Assembly: GCA_041665005.1 (NCBI GenBank) | Contig: JBAYJR010000002.1 | Coordinates: 25,120 to 89,119 of the forward strand | Direction of reading: 5' to 3' | From: Candidatus Buchananbacteria bacterium | Lineage (GTDB): Bacteria > Patescibacteriota > Patescibacteriia > 2-01-FULL-39-33 > JBAYJR01 | Length of the DNA stretch: 64,000 nt | In this document: piece after piece, positions 56,027 through 64,000 of the stretch | Numbering within the stretch: position 1 is the stretch's first letter | Layout of the letters: every line of letters starts with the position of its first letter | The notes under the pieces: generated by a model | Database searches by the model: none | Told to the model about the DNA's origin: nothing | The model's input: the letters and a program-made list of their open reading frames with translations, nothing else | Program-made: the position numbers and the translations under genes

Positions 56027-57085
56027 ATGCCCCAACTTTGCCCCGAACTCACTACCAAACTAGTCTCTCTCAAACAACTCAAACAAGAGTTCGATTTGGA
56101 ATTATCTGGCCTACCTCAAACAGGTAAGACAGGGGATTTAGCCTTGGTTAGAGAAGCTAAGAATAAATTAGTGCAGGGAATTAAAGAACTTCAAAAAAGT
56201 CTTTGGCCGTTAGAATATACGGAATTAACTTTTGAAAATTTTGAAGCCCAATATGAATTCCAGAAAAACCTTCTCCTAAACTCAGGCCTGCTAAAAACCC
56301 TCACCACTGGCGGATTAGGCATTGAAGCAATTGATAACAAAGAATATCCCATACCCACCTTAGAACAGATTGAAGAAATGATGCTAGAGAAACGAGAGTT
56401 TTTAAAAACTAAAATACCACAAGGCTTTGTTAAGTTAGTCCTTGTTCCACTCGGCCTACCTCTAGATTCCTTGATTAAGGCCTATGGTGACACTCTAAAC
56501 GAACACTATCGGCAAGGCAAGCTCTTGGACACCAAAAATAAACCCTTAGAGCTTGGGGAAGAGTCTATTGTTGGTTGCGCTAGGTATACAGAGGCCGAAG
56601 CCACAGGAGACTTAGTATATTTCCCCCAAGAATACTCTAAAACTACTCACCAAGGTAAAACCAAAAAACAACTTCTACTCATCCAAGCCTGGCAAGTCCT
56701 ACTAATTGAAGACTTGCCCGATCTTCCAGCCGAAGGTCGGAGTAAAATCAAGGCTAAACGCCAGCAACAAGAAGCTAACCAATCACCTAATTATTATCTT
56801 AAACAACTCCAAAACGACCCTCAGTATAAAGGTGAACAGGGTCTAACCCCAGAATCATGGTTAATTTATGCCTTAAGCCACTTAACCCAAACCAATCAAG
56901 TAATTGATAATTATGAGGGTTCGAGTAAGGGTTGTTATCTGCTTAGCGTTTGTTTCAAAAAATTTGGCTACGTGTCGTATGTCTATTTCTACCGTAAACT
57001 TGCGCAGGTTATTTTTGATCAACATGATCCGGCCGCCGGTTCTTATTCTAACGTTTCCAGCCGTTCGGCGGTGAGTATTCTTTAA
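56027..57085 (+). CDS. hypothetical protein with the shared MPQLCPEL N-terminal module and an unknown C-terminal domain (family B, member 2)
   Basis: Its first ~150 nt, including 12 nt upstream of the ATG, are about 85-90% identical to the WD40 gene's 5' end. Its C-terminal domain is homologous to the next gene. Confidence 0.7.
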   Translation: MPQLCPELTTKLVSLKQLKQEFDLELSGLPQTGKTGDLALVREAKNKLVQGIKELQKSLWPLEYTELTFENFEAQYEFQKNLLLNSGLLKTLTTGGLGIEAIDNKEYPIPTLEQIEEMMLEKREFLKTKIPQGFVKLVLVPLGLPLDSLIKAYGDTLNEHYRQGKLLDTKNKPLELGEESIVGCARYTEAEATGDLVYFPQEYSKTTHQGKTKKQLLLIQAWQVLLIEDLPDLPAEGRSKIKAKRQQQEANQSPNYYLKQLQNDPQYKGEQGLTPESWLIYALSHLTQTNQVIDNYEGSSKGCYLLSVCFKKFGYVSYVYFYRKLAQVIFDQHDPAAGSYSNVSSRSAVSIL

Positions 57086-57095
57086 ATAAATTTGT

Positions 57096-58157
57096 ATGCC
57101 CCAACTTTGCCCCGAACTTACTTCCAAACTAGCCTCCCTCAAACAGCTCAAACAACAGTTTGATTTGGAATTTACTAAAATTAAAAGTCTAGACTCTAAA
57201 AAATCCGATAATCTTATTTTCATCAGAGAAACTAAAATTAAACTAGAGCAAGGCTTAGCAGAATTTTCAGACCTTTTCTGGCCATTTGAAAATACTGAAT
57301 TAAATTGGGAAAATTTTGAAACCCAATATGAATCCCAGAAAAACCTTCTTATCAAGACCGGCTTATTAAAGAAAATTTCAACTGGCGAACTAGGTATTAA
57401 GGCAATTGATAAGAAGGAATATCCCATACTTACATTAGAACAGATTAAAGAAATGATGTTAGAAAAAAGAGATTTCTTTAAAACCAAAATTAATCAAGGT
57501 TTTGTTAAACTAGCTCTTGTTCCCTTTGGCTTACCAATTAGCTCTCTAATAAAGGCTTATGACAAGGCCCTAACCGAACATCATCAACAAGGCAAACTCT
57601 TGGACACCAAAAATCAACCCTTAATGCTTACGGAAGAGCCTATTAAAGATTGGGCTGGATTTGTAGAGGCCGAAACCACAGGAGATTTAGTATATTTTCC
57701 CCAAGCATACTCTAAAACTACTCACCAAGGTAAAACCAAACAAGAACTTTTGTCCAACCAAGCCTGGCAAGTCCTATTACTTGAAGACCTACCCGACCTT
57801 CCACCCGAAGGCCAAGGTAAAATCATCGATCATCGCCAGCAACCAGAAGCTAACCAATCACCCAATAACTATCTTAAACAGCTCCAAACCAACCCTCAGT
57901 ATAAAGGTGAACAAGGTTTAACCCCAGAATCTTGGATAACCTATGCCTTAGGCCACTTAGAACAAACCAATCAGGTGATTGATAATTATGAGGGTTCGGG
58001 TAAGGCTTGCTACTTGCTTAGTATTTTTTTTAAAGAAACTGGCGGCGTGCCGAACGCCTGTTTCAGCCGTAGCCTTGCAGAGGTCGGTTTGGTTCAGCGC
58101 GCTCCGGGCGATCCCAATCCCGACTTTGCCGGCCGTTTTGGGGTGAGTATTTCTTAA
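57096..58157 (+). CDS. hypothetical protein, family B member 3 (paralogue of 56027..57085)
   Basis: Collinear with member 2 across the domain body (DLVYFPQxYSKTTHQGKTK, NYEGSxKxCYLLS). Confidence 0.7.
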   Translation: MPQLCPELTSKLASLKQLKQQFDLEFTKIKSLDSKKSDNLIFIRETKIKLEQGLAEFSDLFWPFENTELNWENFETQYESQKNLLIKTGLLKKISTGELGIKAIDKKEYPILTLEQIKEMMLEKRDFFKTKINQGFVKLALVPFGLPISSLIKAYDKALTEHHQQGKLLDTKNQPLMLTEEPIKDWAGFVEAETTGDLVYFPQAYSKTTHQGKTKQELLSNQAWQVLLLEDLPDLPPEGQGKIIDHRQQPEANQSPNNYLKQLQTNPQYKGEQGLTPESWITYALGHLEQTNQVIDNYEGSGKACYLLSIFFKETGGVPNACFSRSLAEVGLVQRAPGDPNPDFAGRFGVSIS

Positions 58158-58352
58158 TTTTATTAATTTTTTTATTTGTTTTATCTAAAATAAGACAAAT
58201 TGGCAGTATTATATAAAATAGGCGAGGAGCTTGTTTTTTTGTTTAAATTGATATTTGTTGTTGTCTGGCTAAATATGTTATAATATGTCCAGTTAAAGTT
58301 AATCACAGCCAAGAAAAATGCCTCGGTAAAATTTTTTTATTGAATAAAGTTA

Positions 58353-61100
58353 ATGGCTAGCAAAAAAATCAATCTTTCGGGGACTAAACCTTCTAAAAAA
58401 TTAAAGACAAAGAAGGTTATTTTGGCGACTAAAGGTAAAACAGCCGAAGTTAAACGTTTGGCTGATCCTAGTTTAGATTTATTGCATTTATTGGCAAAAA
58501 ACGGCATTGATTTGGGAATTACCCCGATTATTTCTAATAAAAATTTGGGGGGAACTCAGAAAAAGTTTGCTAAACCGCCTAAAATTAACAAAATTAAAGT
58601 TTTAGCGGCAACTCCTCGTCGGTCAGGTAAGGCGTTGCCTAAGGAAATAAAAATAACGTTTAAAGTTAAGCAAAAAAAGCCAATTCCTTCACCACACTTG
58701 TTAAATTTAAAAAAGTGGTTAGAGTTATCCACCGCTCAAAAAAGATCTTTATTAATTAGTAAAATAATTCCCGAAGTAAAATCGGAATTAAAAACCGGTA
58801 AATGGTTGAATTTTTGGTTTTTGGAAAATAGTCCGTTGTTGAATTGGACCAAGCAGGCTTTAAAAAGTTCTCCGGCCATAGAAGTTAATTCTTACTTAAC
58901 TAGCGCTAAGCCAAATTGGACTGAAAAAAATCTATGGATCGCTGAAAAACCCGCCAAGAATATTAAATCAGTGGCCGAAGAAAAATTAGTTACACCGTTA
59001 ATTATTGAAGATGAGGCTGGTGAAGTCGGTTGGCGACAAAATCAACTTTTAACCTGGCCAAATATTAAACAAAGAATTGCCTTTGGCGAATTGGCGCCAG
59101 TTTTTTATACGTTTAAAAGAGTCACGGTTTTTTTAATGGTAAGCTTTTTAATTTTAACGCCGCTGTTATTTTTTGGTTATTATCAAAACTTGCAAGTTAG
59201 TCGCGGTCAAATTTTAGGAGTTAGCACCAAAGGGGTGGAGCAATTAATGGCGGCCGGTCAAGCGGCCTCGCAGTTTAATTTACCGTTGGCGGATCAAAAA
59301 TTTAATGACGCTAAACAGGCTTTTGGCCAAGCGCAGGAGCAATTAAAGCAAACTTTAGGAATAGTGGGTGCTTTGGCGCAGTGGGCGCCGTTTGCCAATC
59401 AAATCCGTTCGGGGCAGGAAATTTTAGCCGCTGGGCAAAGCATTGCCGAAGCTGGCCGATATTTAAGTCAAGGTTTAAATCCCTTAACTACTACTGCTAG
59501 TAGTACTGCCAAATTGCCATTAACGGCTAAGTTGCGTTATTTGCAAAATAGCGCCCAGTTGGCTTTGGCAAAAATTAGCTTGGCGCAAAAGCAGGTGAAT
59601 GAAGTGTCTGTTAAAGATGTTCCGGCCGATAAACAAGTGGCTTGGCAACAATTGAATAACACTTTGCCAAGTTTGATTACTAATTTAAGAAGTTCCAGTC
59701 AGGCCTTAGAAATAATTTTAAATTTATTGGGCGAAACCGAACCCAGTCGGGTATTGGTGTTGTTACAAAATAATCATGAACTAAGAGCCACCGGAGGCTT
59801 TGTTGGTAGCTATGCTTTGGTAGATGTTAAGCAAGGACAAGTAGTTAAATTAGAAGTACCAGCCGGTGGTAGTTATGACTTAAAAGGTGGGGCGACTAAA
59901 AATATTACGGCGCCACGGGCCTTGCAAATGATCAATCCGGTTTGGAGTTTTTGGGATGCAAATTGGTGGCCGGATTTTCCAGCTTCGGCGCGAAATATTT
60001 TGTGGTTTTACCAAAAAAGTGGCGGACCTTCGGTTGATTATCTTTTGGCCTTTAATGTAGAAATGGTGGCGAAATTGCTAGGAATTATTGGGCCTATTCA
60101 AAGCGGTGACCAAGTAATCAATCAGGCTAATTTAGTGGAAGTTTTGCAAACCGCTTCGGAAGCGCAAAGATTTGTGGTGGGAGGTAAACCCAAACAAATG
60201 ATTTCTGATTTAACGCCTCAGTTGATTCAAAAAATTATTCAAAGTTCGCCCGAACAATTTTTAGAAATTATTGCTTTATTGCAACAGGCGCTCAGCCAAA
60301 AAGATTTAATGTTGTTTGCTAGTGATAATTTAGAGCAAGCCAAGATTATTGAAGCTAATTGGGGAGGAGAACTAAAATCAACGGCGGGAGATTATTTGGC
60401 GGTGATCAATACTAATATTGGTGGCGGTAAAACGGATAACGCTATTAAACAAGAAATTAGATTACAGTCTAAAATTTTGCCGGATAATTCGGTAATTAAT
60501 ACTTTGATTATTAAACGGCAACATCAGGGGTTACTTGGTGATCATTTTACTAAAGATCCTAATAATAGCTACCTTAGAATTTATGTGCCCGCTGGTGCTA
60601 AGTTATTATTAGCTCAGGGCTTTAACCCGCCAGCCGCCAGCGAGTATGAAGTTTCTACGGTTAAAACGCAGGATTCGGAATTTTTACAAGCCGAAAAAAA
60701 TGCCCAAATTGATCCAGCCTCTGGCACGGCGGTTTACCAAGAATTTGGTAAAACAGTTTTTGCTAATTGGCTAAGGTTAAAACCAGGCCAAAGCCAAGAG
60801 ATTATTTTGCAATATTTATTGCCGTTTAAGTTGCAAGCGCAAAAGCAAAGCAGTGGTTGGTTTAGTAGCTTAAAAGAGTTTTTTCAAACAGATTTTTCTT
60901 TAGTTAATTATTCTCTGTTAGTGCAACGTCAAGCGGGCAGTGGCCTAGATCAGTTTTTTTCGCGATTAGTTTTTCCTAGCCAATTAAAACCCTATTGGTA
61001 TTATCCCGACAGCTTAACGGTATTGGGTCAAGAAATTAATGGTCAAACAGTAATTAATCAAGATTTTTATAGCTCAATTAATTTTTTAGCGCCTAATTAA
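58353..61100 (+). CDS. large membrane-anchored protein, probably DUF4012 family (often linked to surface-polysaccharide loci)
   Basis: One TM helix around residue 260. The central segment LLQNNHELRATGGFVGSYALV resembles the conserved core of DUF4012. Adjacent to the glycosyltransferase cluster. Confidence 0.4.
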   Translation: MASKKINLSGTKPSKKLKTKKVILATKGKTAEVKRLADPSLDLLHLLAKNGIDLGITPIISNKNLGGTQKKFAKPPKINKIKVLAATPRRSGKALPKEIKITFKVKQKKPIPSPHLLNLKKWLELSTAQKRSLLISKIIPEVKSELKTGKWLNFWFLENSPLLNWTKQALKSSPAIEVNSYLTSAKPNWTEKNLWIAEKPAKNIKSVAEEKLVTPLIIEDEAGEVGWRQNQLLTWPNIKQRIAFGELAPVFYTFKRVTVFLMVSFLILTPLLFFGYYQNLQVSRGQILGVSTKGVEQLMAAGQAASQFNLPLADQKFNDAKQAFGQAQEQLKQTLGIVGALAQWAPFANQIRSGQEILAAGQSIAEAGRYLSQGLNPLTTTASSTAKLPLTAKLRYLQNSAQLALAKISLAQKQVNEVSVKDVPADKQVAWQQLNNTLPSLITNLRSSSQALEIILNLLGETEPSRVLVLLQNNHELRATGGFVGSYALVDVKQGQVVKLEVPAGGSYDLKGGATKNITAPRALQMINPVWSFWDANWWPDFPASARNILWFYQKSGGPSVDYLLAFNVEMVAKLLGIIGPIQSGDQVINQANLVEVLQTASEAQRFVVGGKPKQMISDLTPQLIQKIIQSSPEQFLEIIALLQQALSQKDLMLFASDNLEQAKIIEANWGGELKSTAGDYLAVINTNIGGGKTDNAIKQEIRLQSKILPDNSVINTLIIKRQHQGLLGDHFTKDPNNSYLRIYVPAGAKLLLAQGFNPPAASEYEVSTVKTQDSEFLQAEKNAQIDPASGTAVYQEFGKTVFANWLRLKPGQSQEIILQYLLPFKLQAQKQSSGWFSSLKEFFQTDFSLVNYSLLVQRQAGSGLDQFFSRLVFPSQLKPYWYYPDSLTVLGQEINGQTVINQDFYSSINFLAPN

Positions 61101-61111
61101 ATAAATTTTGT

Positions 61112-63010
61112 ATGGCTAAAAAAACAAACAATGAATTACCGATTAATAAATTAATTGAAAGTCGTCAGGTGGAAATTTTGGCGGAAGAAGATTTGATAAT
61201 TCACGAAGGACTTAAACAGGTTTATGCTGACGGCAATGGGATATTGCCAGATTTATCTAAGATTGAAAAAAAACAAACCTCTTGGTGGTTTTCTTCTCTA
61301 GTTTGGACGGTTATTATTTTAGCGGTGTTGACGGCGATTTCTTGGTTGATGTTTTTTTGGTGGTCTAACGGCAATGAAAAATTTAGTGGCAAAAATGTTA
61401 GCGTCAAAATCAGCGGTCCGTTAGTAATCAGTCCCGGGCAAGCCACGGACTATAGCTTAATTATTACCAATCAAGAACAAGTAGATATTTATAATCTAAA
61501 CTTAGAATTAAATTATCCGGAAAATTTTGTTTTGGCTTCGTCTACGCCCGAACCTTTTAGTGAATCGCAAACCAATTTTTGGAAGTTTGCCGTTTTAAAA
61601 AGCGGCCAGAGTCAAAAAATAGATTTTAAGGGAATAACTTGGGCCGACAAAAACAGTACTCAGAATCTTTCGGCCAGTTTAAAATTTCGGCCGGCTAATT
61701 TTAATGCCGATTTTAAAGCGGAAAATGTTTTGGAGTTAAATGTGGGTGTCGGTGCGGTCAGTTTGGTTTTGTCTGGCTCGGATAAAATTTTACCGGAACA
61801 ACCCGCCGCTTATAGTTTAAAATTTAAAAATAATTCCTCGGAAACTTTAAAAGATTTACAGCTGGTAGTAATTCCGCCAGCCGCTTATGTGCTTAAACAG
61901 GCTTCAGTTGAAGCAGAAAAAGATCAGACTGGTTTGTGGCTAATTAAACAATTAAAAGCCGGAGAAGAAGGAGAAGTTAAGATCTCAGGAAACTATGAAG
62001 CCAGTAAATTAATTGGACCGCAAGAATTTAAAGCTCAGATAAAACTTAAAGGGCCGGCCGATAATTATTTTGTGTTGGATGAGCAAGTAATTGATTTGAC
62101 TGTTGTTAAAGATCAGGTTTCTTTAGATTTGGTGATAAACAATTCAGCACAGAATCAGGTTATTAATTTTGGTGAGACTTTAAATTACGTTATTAGTTTT
62201 AATAATAATAATCAGACGGCGCTAGATAACTTGGAACTTAGCCTTAAGTTGGATTCGCAAATTTTAGACTGGAGTTCTTTAAAAGATTCTAATCAAGGGA
62301 AAATTACAGACAATGTCATTACTTGGACTTCTAAAGAAATAAAAAATTTAGTCACTTTGGCGGGTGGTCAGGGCAGTAGCCTAAAATTGGTTATTAAAGT
62401 TAAGGATAATTCGGTAATTAATGACCCTAAGGTGACTAATTTTGGAGTTAAGAGCCAGGCGACATTAAGTTTTAAGTCGGCCGACGGTAGTGTTAATTCG
62501 GTGGTTAGTCAAGAATTATCCGAAGAAGTTAATTCTGATGCCAGTATTTCGGCAGTTGGTCGTTATTTTACAGCCGATGGTACGGCTGTGGGCTCGGGGC
62601 CTTTGCCACCCAAAGCGGGCCAGACTACTACTTATCAAATTGGTTGGCAAATTAATAATTCTTTGCATGAATTAGCTGATTTGAAATTTGTAATTACTTT
62701 GCCGGCGGGGATTACTTGGGCTAATCATACTGATTTAGAGGCTGGCAGTTTAGTTTATAATGCCAGCAATCGTTCAGTCACTTGGTCCATTAATCGTTTG
62801 CCAAAAACAGTTAGAAAAATAAGTGCTACTTTTAACGTCAGTGTCACGCCAGTGGCCAGTCAACGAGGTAAATTATTGACTTTAATTCCGGAGTCCAGTT
62901 TAACTACCACTGACAAACAAACCGGCGCTCAGCTTAATTTAACTGCTCCGGCGGTAACAACGGATTTGGTGAATGACGTAAATGCGGCGGGCAAGGGGAT
63001 TGTAGAATAA
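61112..63010 (+). CDS. hypothetical surface protein with N-terminal TM anchor and repeated beta-sandwich (DUF11/CARDB-like) segments
   Basis: TM helix at residues about 60..85. The recurring pattern LxLxYPENFVLASSTPEPF / LxxLxLSLKLDSQ suggests tandem Ig-like domains. Confidence 0.4.
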   Translation: MAKKTNNELPINKLIESRQVEILAEEDLIIHEGLKQVYADGNGILPDLSKIEKKQTSWWFSSLVWTVIILAVLTAISWLMFFWWSNGNEKFSGKNVSVKISGPLVISPGQATDYSLIITNQEQVDIYNLNLELNYPENFVLASSTPEPFSESQTNFWKFAVLKSGQSQKIDFKGITWADKNSTQNLSASLKFRPANFNADFKAENVLELNVGVGAVSLVLSGSDKILPEQPAAYSLKFKNNSSETLKDLQLVVIPPAAYVLKQASVEAEKDQTGLWLIKQLKAGEEGEVKISGNYEASKLIGPQEFKAQIKLKGPADNYFVLDEQVIDLTVVKDQVSLDLVINNSAQNQVINFGETLNYVISFNNNNQTALDNLELSLKLDSQILDWSSLKDSNQGKITDNVITWTSKEIKNLVTLAGGQGSSLKLVIKVKDNSVINDPKVTNFGVKSQATLSFKSADGSVNSVVSQELSEEVNSDASISAVGRYFTADGTAVGSGPLPPKAGQTTTYQIGWQINNSLHELADLKFVITLPAGITWANHTDLEAGSLVYNASNRSVTWSINRLPKTVRKISATFNVSVTPVASQRGKLLTLIPESSLTTTDKQTGAQLNLTAPAVTTDLVNDVNAAGKGIVE

Positions 63011-63020
63011 ATAAAAAATA

Positions 63021-64000
63021 ATGTTTAAATTACTAAAAACCTCAACTAAATCTTTAGCGCGTTTAGGTCGCCTAAAGACCACGCACGGCGAAATTTCTAC
63101 GCCATTTTTTATGCCGATTGCTACCAAGGGAGCGGTTAAGAATTTAATGCCTGTGGAACTTAAAGATTTGGGAGCGGAAATTATTTTGTCCAATACTTAC
63201 CATTTGTGGCTCCGGCCAGGTTTAAAAGTTTTAAATAAGGTCAAAGGGTTGCACAATTTTATGCAATGGCCGGGGCCAATTCTAACTGATTCGGGTGGTT
63301 ATCAGGTTTTTTCTTTAACTAAACTTAGAAAAATTTCTGAGGCGGGGATTAAATTTAAAGACCCAACTACTGGTGAGCAAAAATTTTTAACTCCGGAATT
63401 AGCCATAAAAATTCAACAGGCGATTGGCTCGGATATCATGATGGCTTTAGATGAATGCCCGCCTTATCCGGCAACTAAAGACTATGTTAAAAAGTCGTTA
63501 GCGCTTACGGAACGTTGGGCTTTACGGTGTTTAGCGGCCAATCAAAAAAATTCCCGTCAGCAATTATTTGGGATTGTGCAAGGTGGAATTTATAAAGATT
63601 TACGTCAAGCCGCGGCCCAGTTTTTAGCCGATCAAAAATTTGCCGGCTACGCCTTGGGTGGTCTAGCGGTTGGTGAGCCAATCAAAAAAATGTATCAAGT
63701 CTTAACCTGGACGGTGCCTTTTTTACCAGCCGATAAGCCACGCTATTTAATGGGTTTGGGTTTACCGGAGCAAATAGTTGAAGCCGTCAAGCGGGGAATT
63801 GATATGTTTGATTGTGTTATTCCCACTCGGGAAGCCAGACACGGCCGGCTGTATTTGTGGCGCAAATCAGCATTAGGTAAAGGGTTTTATCAGACCATTA
63901 ATATTACCAATGCTAAGTTTGCTAATAATTTTAAACCGATTAATCAGACTACTTTAAAAAAATATTCACTAGCTTATTTACATCATTTATTTAAAACCAA
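63021..64000 (+). CDS. tgt: queuine tRNA-ribosyltransferase (3' partial)
   Basis: FKLLKTS...ARLGRLKTTHGEISTPFFMPIATKGAVK and the later LGGLAVGE, PRYLMGLG and DMFDCV motifs. The ORF runs off the window end. Confidence 0.9.
   Translation, partial: MFKLLKTSTKSLARLGRLKTTHGEISTPFFMPIATKGAVKNLMPVELKDLGAEIILSNTYHLWLRPGLKVLNKVKGLHNFMQWPGPILTDSGGYQVFSLTKLRKISEAGIKFKDPTTGEQKFLTPELAIKIQQAIGSDIMMALDECPPYPATKDYVKKSLALTERWALRCLAANQKNSRQQLFGIVQGGIYKDLRQAAAQFLADQKFAGYALGGLAVGEPIKKMYQVLTWTVPFLPADKPRYLMGLGLPEQIVEAVKRGIDMFDCVIPTREARHGRLYLWRKSALGKGFYQTINITNAKFANNFKPINQTTLKKYSLAYLHHLFKT

Noticed and set aside
56882-57487. 201-aa minus-strand ORF spanning the junction of family-B genes 2 and 3
   Set aside because: Antisense to two paralogous + strand genes whose reading frames are supported by mutual homology. 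No expression signals.
1-64000. CRISPR arrays, rRNA genes, transposase/integrase genes
   Set aside because: No regularly spaced short direct repeats, no rRNA-like conserved blocks and no transposase/recombinase-like ORFs were seen. The only repeat structures are the 23-bp tRNA-flank duplication, the 52-bp HD-gene junction repeat, the promoter/terminator cassette duplication and the intragenic blade repeats.

Overview
The window looks like an AT-rich, gene-dense bacterial chromosome segment, almost all of it on the + strand, with the gene content typical of a reduced-genome (Patescibacteria/CPR-like) organism. Recognisable housekeeping genes are dnaX, rlmH, an Rrf2/IscR-type regulator followed by sufCBDSU, sodA, murJ, an ADP-forming acetyl-CoA synthetase, lepA, typA, recJ, rnhA, rnpB (minus strand), a WbaP-like sugar transferase with three GT4 glycosyltransferases, and tgt (3' partial). 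The 5' edge carries a partial VirD4/TraG-like coupling ATPase. One tRNA was found, tRNA-Gln(CUG) at 6662..6735. No CRISPR array or rRNA was seen. Four regions stand out as possibly undescribed. (1) An AT-rich island at 7742..13283 lies between two paralogous HD-hydrolase genes and is bounded by a 52-bp repeat. It encodes a 34-aa Lys-rich peptide with its own consensus promoter and terminator, followed by methyltransferase, radical-SAM/SPASM, radical-SAM and methyltransferase genes, which reads as a candidate RiPP biosynthetic cluster. (2) Seven paralogous genes share a roughly 50-aa N-terminal helical module (MPxxxxCxELxxLLxLKxLKxEFDL) fused to different C-termini: four tandem WG-repeat proteins at 43850..48400, and a WD40 protein plus two unknown-domain proteins at 54832..58157. 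(3) A GIY-YIG nuclease gene is flanked by 23-bp direct repeats that duplicate the 5' end of tRNA-Gln. (4) Two paralogous orphan genes between lepA and typA each carry a duplicated promoter, GGAGGTG RBS and terminator. A catalytically degenerate acetate-kinase homologue next to murJ is also noted.
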